Notes: generated from the letters alone by a model not told the origin. DNA of 47,505 nt from Perkinsus olseni (GCA_013115125.1 JABANN010000248.1:1-47505); one strand, 5' to 3'; positions 12,313 to 26,338 are shown, counted from the stretch's first letter. A program made the numbers and translations.

Positions 12313-15300
12313 ATGCGTCTTTTTTCTCTTCTACTGGTCTGTACGGCTATCCAGCCATCACAAGCCTTCATAGAGGATATTCTCAACCAAGCGTTCGGAG
12401 GCGCTGGCGGAGGGGGAGGGGGAGGCTTCCAATTTCAATTTGGTGGTAGTAATTAGCATCAACGGGCTCTCGAGGGGCTATGGGCGAACGTTGATAGGGG
12501 CGGCGAGCGCCGTAGATTCCACCGGATTGTTTGAGGATCATCGTTGATCGAAGTATATATTCGCGTCGCTCCGCTGTAATTAGGTGGAGGTTTTCATCAG
12601 CCGCAACAACCTCGGTACAAGCCGGTTAAGTTCCCTAAGGGGGTGACTTCGAAGATACACAAATCGATGGAGTGGATGAAAGGAACGGAGTGGATGTGGA
12701 ACGAGTGAGTCGAATAGTTTTCACCCATTTTTGCAATTCCGTTCTGACCAGTCCCAAGCCGATCGTAAGGTGAGGACTCGAGCGTCTATAGGTCGTTATA
12801 GGTTTAAGAAATTCTATAAACGGGACCAGTTCGTGCAACTCACAAATCCAAATTTTTAGCATGTTTTCTGTGTAAACTTTTATCCAACCCCACGATGGAG
12901 CGCACATCTGCAACGATGAGCTAAGATACTCTTTTTCTCGGCTGTGCGTCACAGTCATCCAACCGACCCTTCCACCGTGCTGTGAGCTACTCTGTGTCAA
13001 GTTCTATGGCTAGGGTGTGGGTCTGCTCATGAATCGGTTTCGCCAGCGGTGGCGTTGGTACGGCGATCGCTCTCACGTCCGAATGCCTGTCTGGTCGTTA
13101 CTGGTATTCGGTCGGTGATGTTTCAGTTGGGAGAAGGTTCGCTTCCAGTCGGATGGGATTTTTGTGGCCCCGACTGAGGAGTGCCATCAGCCCCAGGCTA
13201 AACAATGTAAATGGAGCGCTGATAAAGACGGGAATATTTATATAATGTGGGGGAAGTAAGTTACGGATGGAGTGGTATGGAAGCTTCAATAAACGGCGAA
13301 TGATCCTGTCTGTGCCCAATCTGATTTGATCGGAAAGTGCAATAGTTGAGGCGGAGAATTTAAACGAGGCATTTGTTACGAAGCGATTAGTTAATACCAT
13401 AACATTCGTAAATTATTGGTTTCTATCGGAGCTGGTTTCCCGCAGGAAGTCTGGGCTACACGAGGTGAAGGCTGATCACATGCCAGACGTGAATGATGAT
13501 GATTTCGAGTTGGAGTTGCCCAATGTACGGAGTGCGCGCATGGCTTAACGATAGGGCCTGTTGTTCGGCATTCGAGAGGTCCTTGGTTCAATCCCCGGCC
13601 CCTCCACTTTCAGATCTCCTTGAGCGGAAAGAGGAAGCGAGACGGTGCTCCCCTTCATGCAGAGTTCGTCCAGGTTTTCGATACAGAAATACAGGATGCC
13701 CGGAGAGATCTGTAGGACCGTTTTCTTTCATAATCGATCGAGATGGCGCGCGCTACTTGCACTCTCTCTAAGATACGGAGATCTAGGCTTGGAGCCGGGG
13801 GCAGATGTGAGTACGGTGAAGAAAGCGTTCAGGAAAATGTCTATTAAATATCACCCGGACAAGACCGGAAATGGTGAGTGTCGGATGCGGGGATCGAACC
13901 GGGGTCGTCATCGGGGAGAGCGCGTCGGTTGCAGATCCGACAGCACATCGCAAATTCACGCGGATAGGAGAGGCTAATGAGATATTATCGGATCCGGTAG
14001 TATCCAAATCGATCATCGGGGCGCGCGCGATCGTTCTGCATCTGCAGGCCAAGAAATTCCTATACGACATGGGAGGCATGGAGTCAGTGAGAGCCATGGA
14101 GAAGGGGGACATACCGCGAGGCGAAGATGGTCATGTCACCTACCCAGTACCGCTGGAGAAGCTGTAAGGGTCTTCAAGAAGTACGTTGAGGAATTGCGAG
14201 AGAGCAAGATTTTCAGGTATACTGGTTCTAAGGAGCATGTGAGGATCAATCGTCGTGTGGTCTGCACTGGATGCCGACAAAAACCGGATCTCGAGAAGTG
14301 CCGAGGGTGCGGGAAGTGCCCGGATGAGGTTAAGATGGTCCAACAGCAGGTGGGTGGATATCTAAGGGTATCTTCAAATCTTCGCTGTGCGTAAATTGGA
14401 TGAGAGTCACGATGTGTGGATCAGGTCGGGCCTGGGTTCTTCGTTCAACAACAGCAACAAGTGCCGAGTCGGGAGAGATGCAAAAATGAGGATACTGAGC
14501 TCGACCTCAACATCGAGAAGGGGATGATGGATGGCGAGCAGGTGGGGGAGGATACTCCGTATGAATCACAGGGAATGGAGGTTGTTATTACCCTCTGTGG
14601 TTTGGCAGTATTTTTCGTCATTTTGGCGTTCTCTGAGTGGTCGTTGTATTCGGTAGGATGGCCTGTGGACTCTCTCGAAATCACACAGTAAAGCTGGATG
14701 GTGGAGGGTTCTTGCTCGGTATTATGTGCCGCATGCTTCAGTCAATTTCTCAATCACCCCATTAGCACGCACGAGTGCTTCCATTTTGCGTGACAAGTTC
14801 GAGCGACAAATTTGAATTGAAATATCTTTCTCGTGCTTTCAGGTTGTTTTCGAGGGAATGGCTGAACAGCGTCCAGGACAGATCCCCGGTAATTTAATAT
14901 TTACCATCAAACAGACCAGCGACCAGAGGTTCATGCGAGAGAACGGATACGATTTGCGGACGGCAACGCAGATACCCCTGAAAGAAGCCCTTCTGGGCTT
15001 TGACAGGTCCATGGCCCACTTAGACGGCCATCAGGTGACGCAACGGATTCAGTGGTTCGCAAAGATGAGTTTCCTAGGTGCGCTTGGTGAAGCAGCCGGG
15101 TGAGGTCTGTCAACCTTTTGAGGTTATGAAGATCCCTGGGGAGGGGATGCCCCATAAAGTGGAGGGCGGCGGCCATAGTGACTACGGAGACTTATATGTA
15201 ACGCCGCTTCGCTCCGCTCTGTTTTTGGTGATCATGGTGGATTCTATCAGGTTAAGATGAATGTTAAATTCCCGGAGTCGTTGACGGATGCACAACGAGA

Positions 15301-15340
15301 GGCCATCGATAAGCTCTTCCCCGCCGAGGAAACTCAATAG
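12313..15340 (+). CDS. DNAJB11: Signal-peptide-bearing DnaJ/Hsp40 (ERdj3/DNAJB11-like) with an extra N-terminal Trp-rich domain
   Basis: Signal peptide MRLFSLLLVCTAIQPSQA; J domain with YHPDK; RRVVCTGC...CRGCGKC...QVGPGFFVQQQQ; LKEALLGF...HLDGH; GEGMP...GDLYV...KFP; stop TAG 15338-15340. Confidence 0.85.
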
Positions 15341-15737
15341 CATTTTTTTCAACATCCGTTTTGGTCAGCATCCGCCGTTCTCCCATCCGAGTCGAGTTCG
15401 GCAGTCGGTGGACATACTGACCAGTACCTCAGCGCGCCCGACTTGCAAGTGCCGTGCGAGTATAAAACTCCAGGGAATATCCACTCGCTACAACTCATGC
15501 CCTGCGGGGTTTTTGTAGTCGTCTCTCCTCAGTTCTAACTTCGGAACTCGACATGGGGAGTCGGGGGGCCAAGTAAAGAGAGGGCCGCGCGCTGACTTGG
15601 CGCGGATGCGGGCCGCTAGCTAGTATAGCTAATCTGTCTACTTCATCTACCGCGTGCGACGTCGTCACGCTGTCTCCTTCTCAACGATTCCACCACAGTT
15701 TTGAAAGAACATCTCATAAGAAATTGATTGTTTGATA

Positions 15738-16696
15738 ATGTGCTCTGCAGCAGCAGCGGAATCCTTCGTTGAGGGAGTTAGGGAAGTAGAAGAAGCCGGT
15801 CGAAAACCAACAGCCGAATACGTCGCGACGCTGAACGGTCCAATGGTTTTCAGAGGACTCGCGAAGAGTATTAAAGATGACTTTAGTGGAGACAAACTTG
15901 TGAAGGAGTTCGGCGACGAGAATATTGCACTGAGTTTGTCGATTGAGGAACGCAGCGACAAGCCGACTAGCAAGTCTTGGACGAGCATGCGGAAGTACGT
16001 CGAGGGAGACGTGAAGGGGTACATCAAGCAACTACCGGTACCTCAGAATTTAGCTGACAAATTTCAACCGATTTTGGACGCCACGTTTTGTCGGCATCGG
16101 AAGGACACTCTGTACATGTGGGTCGGTCGAGCCTCTACTGTCACGGCCACTGGGGTTCACTCGGATGATGAGGATAATATCCTAGTACAGCTGCAAGGCG
16201 TTAAGAGGGTGGTCTTATTTCCGCCGGACGCTGGTGAGGCGGTGTATGTTAATGACAAGTATGATGATGGCACTCGGTGTTGCGATGCTGATGTTTACGC
16301 TCAAAATTGGAGGGGCAAGTGGCCGAAGCTGGCGGGAGTTCAGAAGGCGGCCTTGAAGGTGACACTAGGGGAAGGTAAGTCGGCCGAATGCTGGGTCGTT
16401 TGAGGATGGCCATGCCTGCCTTCAGGTGATGTTTTGTATTTTCCTCGGAATTGGTATCATGATGTGAGGATTTTACCCGAGGACAACATCGACCGGAAAA
16501 GTGGCGCAATCGACCTGTCAGTGAGCGTGAACGTCTTCTCAACGTGGTGGCCGAGGTATATGGTGGAAGAGGTGAGTGGCGTGCCGCCGAGGACTCCCCT
16601 TGATCGTCCATGCAGGCTCGGCGATCATTCTTCCGGAGCCTCCACAACGCAGGCTGGTACAAGGCTGATAACTGTGTTTGTCATCGGTCCTCTTGA
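15738..16696 (+). CDS. JmjC/cupin-8 Fe(II)/2-oxoglutarate oxygenase
   Basis: MWVG...TGVHSDDEDNILVQLQGVKRVVLFPP (HxD), VTLGEG|DVLYFPRNWYHDV (distal His) and SVSVNVF. The last exon reads ARRSFFRSLHNAGWYKADNCVCHRSS*. Confidence 0.88.
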
Positions 16697-16799
16697 AGGC
16701 GGAATCATTGACTGTCCTTTCTCGTGCAGTATTTTCAAATTGATGTGGTGGCGCTGTGTTGTTGGGCGGATGTTAGTACGGTGCGACTACTGGCCGATT

Positions 16800-17457
16800 T
16801 ACAACTCCACGAGGGAGATAAAGACACGAGCATTGGTATCGCTGAGTCGACCCTTGGCCACAACGTCTGCCAGGACTCCCCATCAACAATACATCAAAGA
16901 CGATTGCTACACACTCGGGCGACGTGACGACCTAAAAGAGTTCCAGAAACTCACCAACCGTGGCCGCATGAACAGCCCCGCAATACCCGGCTATGCGTGC
17001 ATGGGGAGAGCGTCGACGAAAAGGGGCCTCACTTCAGGGCTGGCCTCCATCTTTGGCGAATCAGTGGCCCCGCTGGACTCACAGCTCCGTACGTTATTCC
17101 GATGATAGGGCCGAGGAGGGAGACGGTGGTGATGGGCAGGGGAGGATACTGCCCTCCCAGCTGCTCTCTGTTGGTGTTTATGTTAACTCAGCCGATGCGA
17201 ACCTTCCTACTGGGGTATTGAGGCCAAGCGTGAGCGTACGGTCGAAGGTGGATGGAGTGATTGCCGCTGATCTAACTATCCGCGTGCGAGGTGGGGCGAC
17301 TACCATCCCCGACCTCATCTTTGTACGGCCCTTCTTTGGAGTGGAGGCGAAGACGCCCCTTCAAGAAAGTATCGAAAATGACTGCTACTCACTGGGACAG
17401 CACGATGACGTAAAGAAGTACCAAAAAGTCAATTCTCGGCGAATAAAGAACTGTTAA
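16800..17457 (+). other. Two diverged copies of a short coding-like module of unknown origin
   Basis: RTPHQQYIKDDCYTLGRRDDLKEFQKL (about 16872-16952) and KTPLQESIENDCYSLGQHDDVKKYQKV (about 17350-17430). Confidence 0.45.
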
Positions 17458-18718
17458 GCGGCTACCACCCCAATCTGTGTCCATCGCAGCGGCATTGACG
17501 TTAATGCGGATTATGCAAAAGCCAGGCTCTTTAGGGGTCGGGTAGGATACCACCCACAACGTCAGTTATAATAGAGGGGAGGTGCGCAATACCGAGCGAT
17601 CAGCATGTAGTTGTGATGAGCACTTATCGGTAGGATGTTTCCCAGAGGAGACGTGAACGCCCACGGCACTCTAAGACATGGTCGGAGGCGGCCCTCAGAG
17701 ACGACGAAGCCCCTCACTCATCTTGACAGTACATTACGGCTCACTGGAAGAGTTCGATGATTTCAGCATGGGCGTTGTTAGATTTCCAATCGGGTTGGGT
17801 GATCACCTCTGGGAAGATGATATCAGAGCTGTGGTATGAATCAAGCGTAGAGCTGAGTATGAAATCAAGCTGGAACTTGAAAGATCCCGAGTGGACACCG
17901 GTAGGAAACGTATTTCCATTGAAGACCACACGCGCTCTGGACCACACCCAAGAGCCACCGAGACGGTCGGTATGGTTACTCAAGACGGACATCGAGCCCT
18001 CGGCAGTCTCGGCCGCTCGATTGACCTCGACCCACGTCCGATTGCTGCACCTAGCTGGCCGACAGCGGCTACGCACAAGCGTGATAGATATGAGGAGGCA
18101 ATGGATCTTTCCAGGCGGGGACCGAGTGATTCTTCTTTCACTGTGATGGCGGATACTAGCAAGGAAGCTGAACAGAGGAGCGGCCGTAAAAGGCCGAGGA
18201 AACAGAGCAAACCTCGACGGTTATCGGAGAGCGATAGGAGAGAGGCTGATCTAAGAGAAGATGACTGGGCTACATTCTGAGGTGTGCATGAAAGTTGTTG
18301 AGGATTTGGTATTGGGTTGAGTATCGTGTTCTTGGCCTTGGTCTCCGTCGCGATGTAATCCACTCACACAGCCCCCTCCGACTTTTTTCGTTTAAGGTAT
18401 GAAGATGTCCTTCGCAATCAACCGGGACGTTGAGAACTCAGAGATGAAGGGCCAGCTGTCGTTAAACCAGCGACTGTGAATTTTATTAAGGTAGGATCAA
18501 GGCCCCATCGTCGAGCTCACCAGATCGGCACTGATGGCGTTGGCTCGACTGTGCGGGACTACTCACACACAACAGTGACCGTAGAGAAAGCATCGTATTA
18601 CCGCATAAATTATACCAAAAACATTTCACCACCACAACAGTAGCGGCTGATGAGTTGAATATATATAATCGACTACTTGCACTTGACTGTATACTTTAAA
18701 TTGATTATTACTATTCGA

Positions 18719-20248
18719 TCACCTAGTCGTCGGATCATCACAGACCTCAGCTCCACAGGACTGATCTCCTCCCTTGCAAACAGGGATATCCTTCCACCAT
18801 TTACAATAGGACCCGGGGCCGTTCAGCTCCGTACAGTAGGCATCACACTTGGCATTAGGCATCGAGTGCGCACCGGAAACGACAGGAGCAACAGTAGCGG
18901 CTCTTGGAGAGGACGTAGTGGTAGCAATGACAGGCTCCGTGGGCATCGAGACCCACGCCGGGGTCGTCACAGCTGCAACGCCATCGCAAGCACCGGGGCC
19001 ACAGGGCTGATCTCCACCGTGGCACACGGGCACTGACCTCCACCATTTGCAGTAGGAACCATCACCATTCATGTCCTTACACATCGAGTCGCACTCAGCA
19101 GAGGCCTCAGAGTGTGCTCCTGGGGGCAGCTGTGGGGCCTTGGGGGATGGCCACGTCTCGGACTCACACACGGAGGCATCACCACAAGGCTGATCACCAT
19201 GCTGGCACACGGGGAAGTTCATCCACCATTTACAGTAGGAAGTGGCGTCATTCAAGCTCTGGCACATCTTATCACACTCGGCATGATGCTGACCATCTCC
19301 ACTCGGCAGAGCAGGGGCTTGGCTGATGTTCACAGGCTGTCCGCAGACGTCGAGTGTACCGCAGGGCTGATCACCGTGTTGGCATACAGGGTTAGTGTGC
19401 CACCATTTGCAGAAGGAATTCTCACCATTCAGTTGAACACAGTAAACGTCACAAGTCTTCTGCACGACATCGTCAGGGGAGGTTGGGCTCGATGGCTCCT
19501 CTGGGCCTTCCTTAGGGGGGACGGGATCAACGGGCGGAACCGCAGGGGGACTTCCCGACTTGCAATCAGCATCTCCGCAGGGTTGGTCACCGAACTGGCA
19601 GACAGGGTCCACAAACCACCACTTGCAGAAGGAAGTCTCACCGTTGAGGCTCTTACAGTAGTCATCACACCCAGCGTCACCGCTCCTACCAGAGATCATC
19701 TCAGTGGTCCATGAGGAGGGTGCGGTAGTAATCACAACCGGTACCGAAGTAGCATCAGTGGAAGGCACCTCCCCGCTGCCGCAAGACTGACCTCCACCCG
19801 AGCAAGTACCATCACAGCGACTCGTCGGACCGTTCAGATACTTGCAGTACTCATCCCATTCGGGTGAATACTGTCGTGGCCGCGCCGTGAACTGAGGAGG
19901 ATTGCCGCAAAGTTCCATGCTGCCACACGGCTGATCACCGTACTGGCAGACGGGAGACTCGAACCACCACTTGCAGAAGGAGGCATCACCGTTGAGAACT
20001 TGACAGTAGCTATCGCAGGCCAACCGAAGCCTCTCGGTGTCCTCAGACGGGCTACTGGGGCCAACAGTCGACATCGCAGAAGGCTCGTCACCGCAGGCTT
20101 GGCCACCCTCGGAGCAGACCGTACCGGAGCAGACACTGTCGGGACCGTTGAGGAATTGGCAGTAGTCGTCCCACATACCAGACTCTTGGACTCGACGGGG
20201 GAAAGCGATTGAAGGAGCAAGAATGAGAGAAAAGATGAAGGCTTTCAT
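18719..20248 (-). CDS. Intronless secreted cysteine/tryptophan-rich repeat protein
   Basis: Signal peptide MKAFIFSLILAPSIA and eight Cys-rich modules (six CDxxCxxLNGxxSY/FCKWWxxxPVCxxGDQxCG plus two shorter variants) separated by P/S/T-rich linkers. Confidence 0.88.
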   Translation of the reverse strand: MKAFIFSLILAPSIAFPRRVQESGMWDDYCQFLNGPDSVCSGTVCSEGGQACGDEPSAMSTVGPSSPSEDTERLRLACDSYCQVLNGDASFCKWWFESPVCQYGDQPCGSMELCGNPPQFTARPRQYSPEWDEYCKYLNGPTSRCDGTCSGGGQSCGSGEVPSTDATSVPVVITTAPSSWTTEMISGRSGDAGCDDYCKSLNGETSFCKWWFVDPVCQFGDQPCGDADCKSGSPPAVPPVDPVPPKEGPEEPSSPTSPDDVVQKTCDVYCVQLNGENSFCKWWHTNPVCQHGDQPCGTLDVCGQPVNISQAPALPSGDGQHHAECDKMCQSLNDATSYCKWWMNFPVCQHGDQPCGDASVCESETWPSPKAPQLPPGAHSEASAECDSMCKDMNGDGSYCKWWRSVPVCHGGDQPCGPGACDGVAAVTTPAWVSMPTEPVIATTTSSPRAATVAPVVSGAHSMPNAKCDAYCTELNGPGSYCKWWKDIPVCKGGDQSCGAEVCDDPTTR

Positions 20249-20529
20249 GAGTACAAACAGAAGGAAACCTGTGAAGCACAATAGATCCCACCAATGCTAG
20301 TGCGAGTGCTACGACCCTCGTTAGGTAAGAGCATGAAAGACGAAACCGCCGACCTGACTCGGACGGTTTCGAAATGACATTATGATATGTCGCTCGCCTT
20401 AAGGCTGAAGGTGAAACGGTCGGAGACGCCTTCCCAAGAATTGCCAGCAACGACAGGCAGAAAGACAGTGGAGCAAATGTAACAACACAGTGGTAATGGT
20501 ACAGTTAATAATGGACGTTAATACAGGCT

Positions 20530-23500
20530 TCATAAGAAGAAATTGACACCTTGCAATTTGTCAGTCAGTCCGTCCTCCTGAAAGCAAACAATAGAGCAAC
20601 TTCAATCGAGCGTCGTGCTCACCTGCAGGAGGGCATTCGCCGCCTCGACCGTCCGAGCATCTTGATTCGCTTCCAAGTAGCAATCAACTCGCTTGGCCAA
20701 CGCCTGAGGGATGATGACTCCATTCAGCCGTGAGATGCTCACTGACCTCAGCATAGACCAGAGGTGCCGGCCTGCTGGTGGTCCGAGTGCATCGTGCGCT
20801 GAGGTGACACAGACACCACACGATCTGCTGCAACTCCTCAGCCCGTAGGCTTGGATCGGTGTAGTTGTCATCATGCAGGCACATGTAATGCGTGGGCCTC
20901 GCCGTACCAGTGTGGCACTGACAACAGGGAGGAGTCACCAACACGAACGACAAGGTCGAGGCCTACCTGCTGAGACACTAAATAGAAATTGAGGATGTTC
21001 GGTTGTGTGACTGTCCCATCGACAATAGTGCCGGCTGGAACGTTGCCCGTCTTCCGATCGCAATCCTGCGGCTTCTCGCACCATAAGGTGAGGTTCTGTG
21101 AGGAACCGGAGGACACCGACAAGAGGGTCAGAGTCGGCCTGAACAAGAGGCAGATGAGATTGGAAGGGGAAGACTCCGAGCACTTACGAGTATTTCTCCC
21201 TGGCCAGGCGGTCTCGCATCTTTTCGGAGCATCTACCGAAGGCCCCTGACTTCAACAGGATGGCCTGGGTCACTCGGTCGCTGATGGCATGCGATATATC
21301 CCGGAACTCCGCCGGCTGGAGCGTCAGGAACTAACAACAGTGTCGGATAGGTGTTCGTCGACGCTAAGCGAAGCTTACTCGTCCACTGGGGAAGGCATTG
21401 CGGAAGGCGAGGATGCGCTGCGGCAAGCGGGAGTTGATGATGTAGAAACGCTCGAGCAGACGGAAGACGAGGCTCTCGATGTCGATGATGCGCGTGCCAG
21501 TGTCCTGGACCGACGAGGCTGTGGCGTAGAGATTAACCTGAGACAGGCGAGCATGACAACGGAATGGAGAGGTGGGGCCTTACGTCGTTGTCTACACTGC
21601 CGACTGCAGTGGCGATCCAGAGGCCACCAACTGCTTCGCTCCGCTCAAGTGTGAATGCAATTACCATGCAACCCCTGGGAACCAACGATCGTTCCTCACC
21701 TCCGCCGCCGCCGCCCCGACCGTTGGGTATCGCGAAAAGACTGAAAACAGGACAGCCGGTAAGCTCAGACTGAAATTTTAGAAAATTTCTGGCAGTCTGG
21801 CAGTGCGAGGGCCTCAGAACAGCCAGCACTGACTAATCCCCGGAGGCGGGTTTGCCCACCTCGTTTGCTGCGTCATCCTCGGCACCCCAGCGATAACACC
21901 ACCGTGTGGAGGCACTCGGCCAGCGGGCGTCCTCGGCAGAAGACCAGTAAGGCTGGTCGGGGTGGGAGGGGGTGTATCTCCGTCGATATCTAAAACAACA
22001 CTCAGTCGATCACACGATTAAAGTCGGTTACCTTCATCCGGGCTCTCCACCTGGGGCTCCTTCAGACATATTTTACAGCAAAGTTCACACATGATACTTT
22101 GCCATTGATTGATGGTCCTCTGACTAGACGGACAGACTATCACCTGAGACGACAACGATGCCCGACTCCAACGTGCCGGCCAGCGGTCTACCTGACTAGG
22201 GACGCCGGCGATGCGGTCCACCAAGTCCTTCACTACGCAGTAGGGCCGCCTACTTTTTCTCGGCAGAAAAACAAGGAGTATCTGACACGCTACCCATTTC
22301 ATATCCACGCGAGCAACGACACTGACCGCGGGGCCCGCGTCCGCTAGCTGTCTTTGGCACCAATCCCTCAACCGTTGGACATCTTCCCCATCGACCAACG
22401 CTGAGCTGCTCAACTTCAGTTCAACTCGCTGAAGACGCGGAGACATCCGGGGCCACTACCATCAGAAAACTCACCGGCTCGTCTTGGAACTTGAGGCCAT
22501 GACCATCGGCAATCGTACGAAGAGCCTCACAGAAGGTGGACACTCCTCGACAATCTCCGACCTCCAACACGCCATACGGTATCGTATACTTCGCACAACG
22601 CTTGAACTGCTGCCCAGTGATAACCCAGGAGCCTTGGGAGCATGGCATCTACAGTACGAGATGAAGAACACCGCGCTCGCCCTGGTGATCGATTTGGAAC
22701 CCACCGGCTTCTGCTTATCTCTGTATTCTAAGGTGATCTCCGGCAGTACCCTGCCTTTGACGGCGAGAGGGCGACGCTGAACGTCAATCTAAAAGTCAAG
22801 CCCGAGGGCTACGGCAAAGCTGCCACGACACGTATCTCACTTCCAAGTCGGGCTTTAACATGTTAACATGCTCAGAGGCCCCTGAGGGTGGACGACCTTG
22901 TTGTTGCTGTTGTCTCCCTCGTGGCAGCATCGGAAGGGATGACGCCAGACGCCTGGTAGCAGGATTCACGCTGTGCTGCTGCTGATGCTGCTGCTAGGGG
23001 GCACTCACTCTCTCAACAACCACACAGACGATAGAGATGCCTTCGGGGCCTCGGCGGTCGTGGCTGTCAATGGCTTCACGCTAAGGAGTTGATCGGCTTC
23101 TACTCGGCACAGCTGAAGGGAGGTCGAAGGACCCATACCCGAGTGTAGGATATTCACACAGCGCCATCAACGGCTCCGCCCAGTGCTCACTTCAATAGGG
23201 ATAACCCGGCCCTTCCAGTCCTCAGCCACGACTAAACCCCCTTCCTCATCATCCTGTTGTTGTAACGTGCAGGTCCAGTCCTTCTTCCCTTCGAGCTTGT
23301 ATGTCTCATAATATTCCCTCAACGTCATCTCTCGTCCATCAACAGCAAGCCTGTCGGAGCACCGCCGTAGCCGTAGTATGGTGTAATACAACTTCTTCCC
23401 GGTGTGCTCGCAGTTCACGACCAAACCGTGCGGCGGCCGCCCCGGCCCAGAGACCCTCTTTTTCCCATGGACAACCCTCACCTCCGTACTGAGAAAAAAA

Positions 23501-24750
23501 ACAACACGGCAAGAATCCACTCGATCGGGCCCCGCGGAATCTGGTCGGGCATTACTCCAAAAACCGGTTGAAGTCAATAATATCCTCCTCACTGGGCAGC
23601 CACGCCTCGCTCCCTCGTGGCTCGGATACTAAACCGTGGTGAGCTCGGCGGAGGTCACAGACTGTTCGAACGAAGTCCGACAGAGGGCAGGAGGACTGGA
23701 GAACACGAGCGTTCTAGTGAGAGGTCAAGCTCACAGTAGTATTACACTGAGCTGCATCTTCGCGTTGCGGAGAGTGACCGTGAGCTTGGCCGCCCCACCC
23801 TCGGCAGTCCCTTCCACAACACGCTGCTCGGCCCGAGCTCCCGGAACGTCGAGGAGGGAGGACGTGGAGGTATCCTGAATGATATCCACCACTCGCCATC
23901 TGTGCTGATGATGATGACGGCATTACATTCGCGTGTGTCCCGTTCTTGACAGGGACGAAGATCAGTCCCGACTTGCTGGCGTTGGATAGCCTGGGGGTGG
24001 CTGTCAGTGGTAGATGGGACCTCAACAGCGTTTGCCACAGGAACAGCTCCACCACTCGGCTGAGGTTCGACGTCACATGCAACTGCGAGAGGAGAGCTTT
24101 AAGTAGAGAACACGGACGACTCTTCGACCTACAGGCGGCCGGGCCTCAATCCTGAGCAAACCTTCACTCTGGGACTGATCATCAATAGTGGGAGGGGTGG
24201 TTACCGCAGGGGTGGTGAAGGCAGCGTTGCTGCTAAGATCGAGCAGCCACCTACAGATCGGTACCTAACGCGGCCAAATCAGCAGCACCAATCAGATCAA
24301 TACACAACCGACTTTGTTCCCAGCAGCCCCGATCGTCTCTCCCAGTGGAGGGCCGAACAGCCGCACCGCCATTTGAAGCCGCTTGGTATGAGACAGGCCC
24401 ACCCCCTCAGCGAAGACGAGGTTCCAGCCAGCAAGGCTCTCTACACGGGACGCCGTCCCCACGTTAACGAGAAAGTCGTTCGTTAGTAACTACATCAGCC
24501 AAACCACAATACGACTCAGCAGAGGAAAAATGGTTACTGGTATGTCCCTCCGCCGTGCTGCTTGCCCTCGGGACTGTTGAGGCCTCATCATAACTACCAG
24601 TGGAGACCCTCTACCCCGACTCGATAAGGGAGGGGTGGAAGCTGACGACCCACAGCGGTAATGGTGACTGCACAGTATTAGCTTACTTCCGCCACCTCGC
24701 TTCGGTATACTCGGACTAGGAGAGCTCGAACGTGACGGCGAATGCAACAT
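20530..24750 (-). CDS. AGO: Argonaute/PIWI-family protein (N-PAZ-MID-PIWI), predicted non-slicing, multi-exon
   Basis: N-terminal LLTNDFLV; PAZ-like MTLREYYETY...VIPIE; MID YCVVKDLVDRIAGVPSQ; PIWI LPQRILAFRN, GNVPAGTIVDGTVT..NFYLVSQ, GTARPTHY, ELQQIVWCLCHLSARC and PAPLVYAE; C-terminus GVNFFL*. Confidence 0.9.
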
Positions 24751-25264
24751 TGAAGACAAGCAATCTGATCATCAATTACTGTCGATGCAACAGACTGGCA
24801 TGGTCCAGTCGAGGCTCATTTGACCCAACTTCACCTTTTGTGTATCTTACGCGCTTCAACCTAAGATACATATTTACACTCATCAACACAACCCTCAAAA
24901 GAACTAATGAAAACCACATTAAACATGTAACTTGAAGACCATGGTATCTGTCAGGCCTACTAGAGACAGCATGAGACTTCACAGAAGAAGCCTCTTTCCT
25001 CTAGCCAGCCCATTGGTGTAGCGAACCGCCCTTACTCTCAATAACAATACTAATGTCAACGAGAGTTACACAAATGGCCGCCTTTTCTCATCCTCCTGCA
25101 CTACTGTGAACTCAACAACTGGTCAAGAAGACACTAACATTTATCCATAGTCTATCATCAGTTGTTTTTGACCATCACGGCTCGGGTTGACCGAGTGATT
25201 AGTAGTGAAATAAATCCTCTTTTTCTTAACATAGTCTCTTAATAATGATAATAATAACCACCAC

Positions 25265-26338
<1,074 letters not shown>

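Noticed and set aside
17741-18363. Overlapping ORFs of 111-129 aa
   Set aside because: No motif support; left unannotated.
19112-19714. 200-aa plus-strand ORF
   Set aside because: Antisense to the Cys-repeat gene, with no independent features.
18719-20248. CRISPR-like repeat-spacer pattern
   Set aside because: The repeats are degenerate in-frame protein modules, the context is eukaryotic and no cas genes are present.
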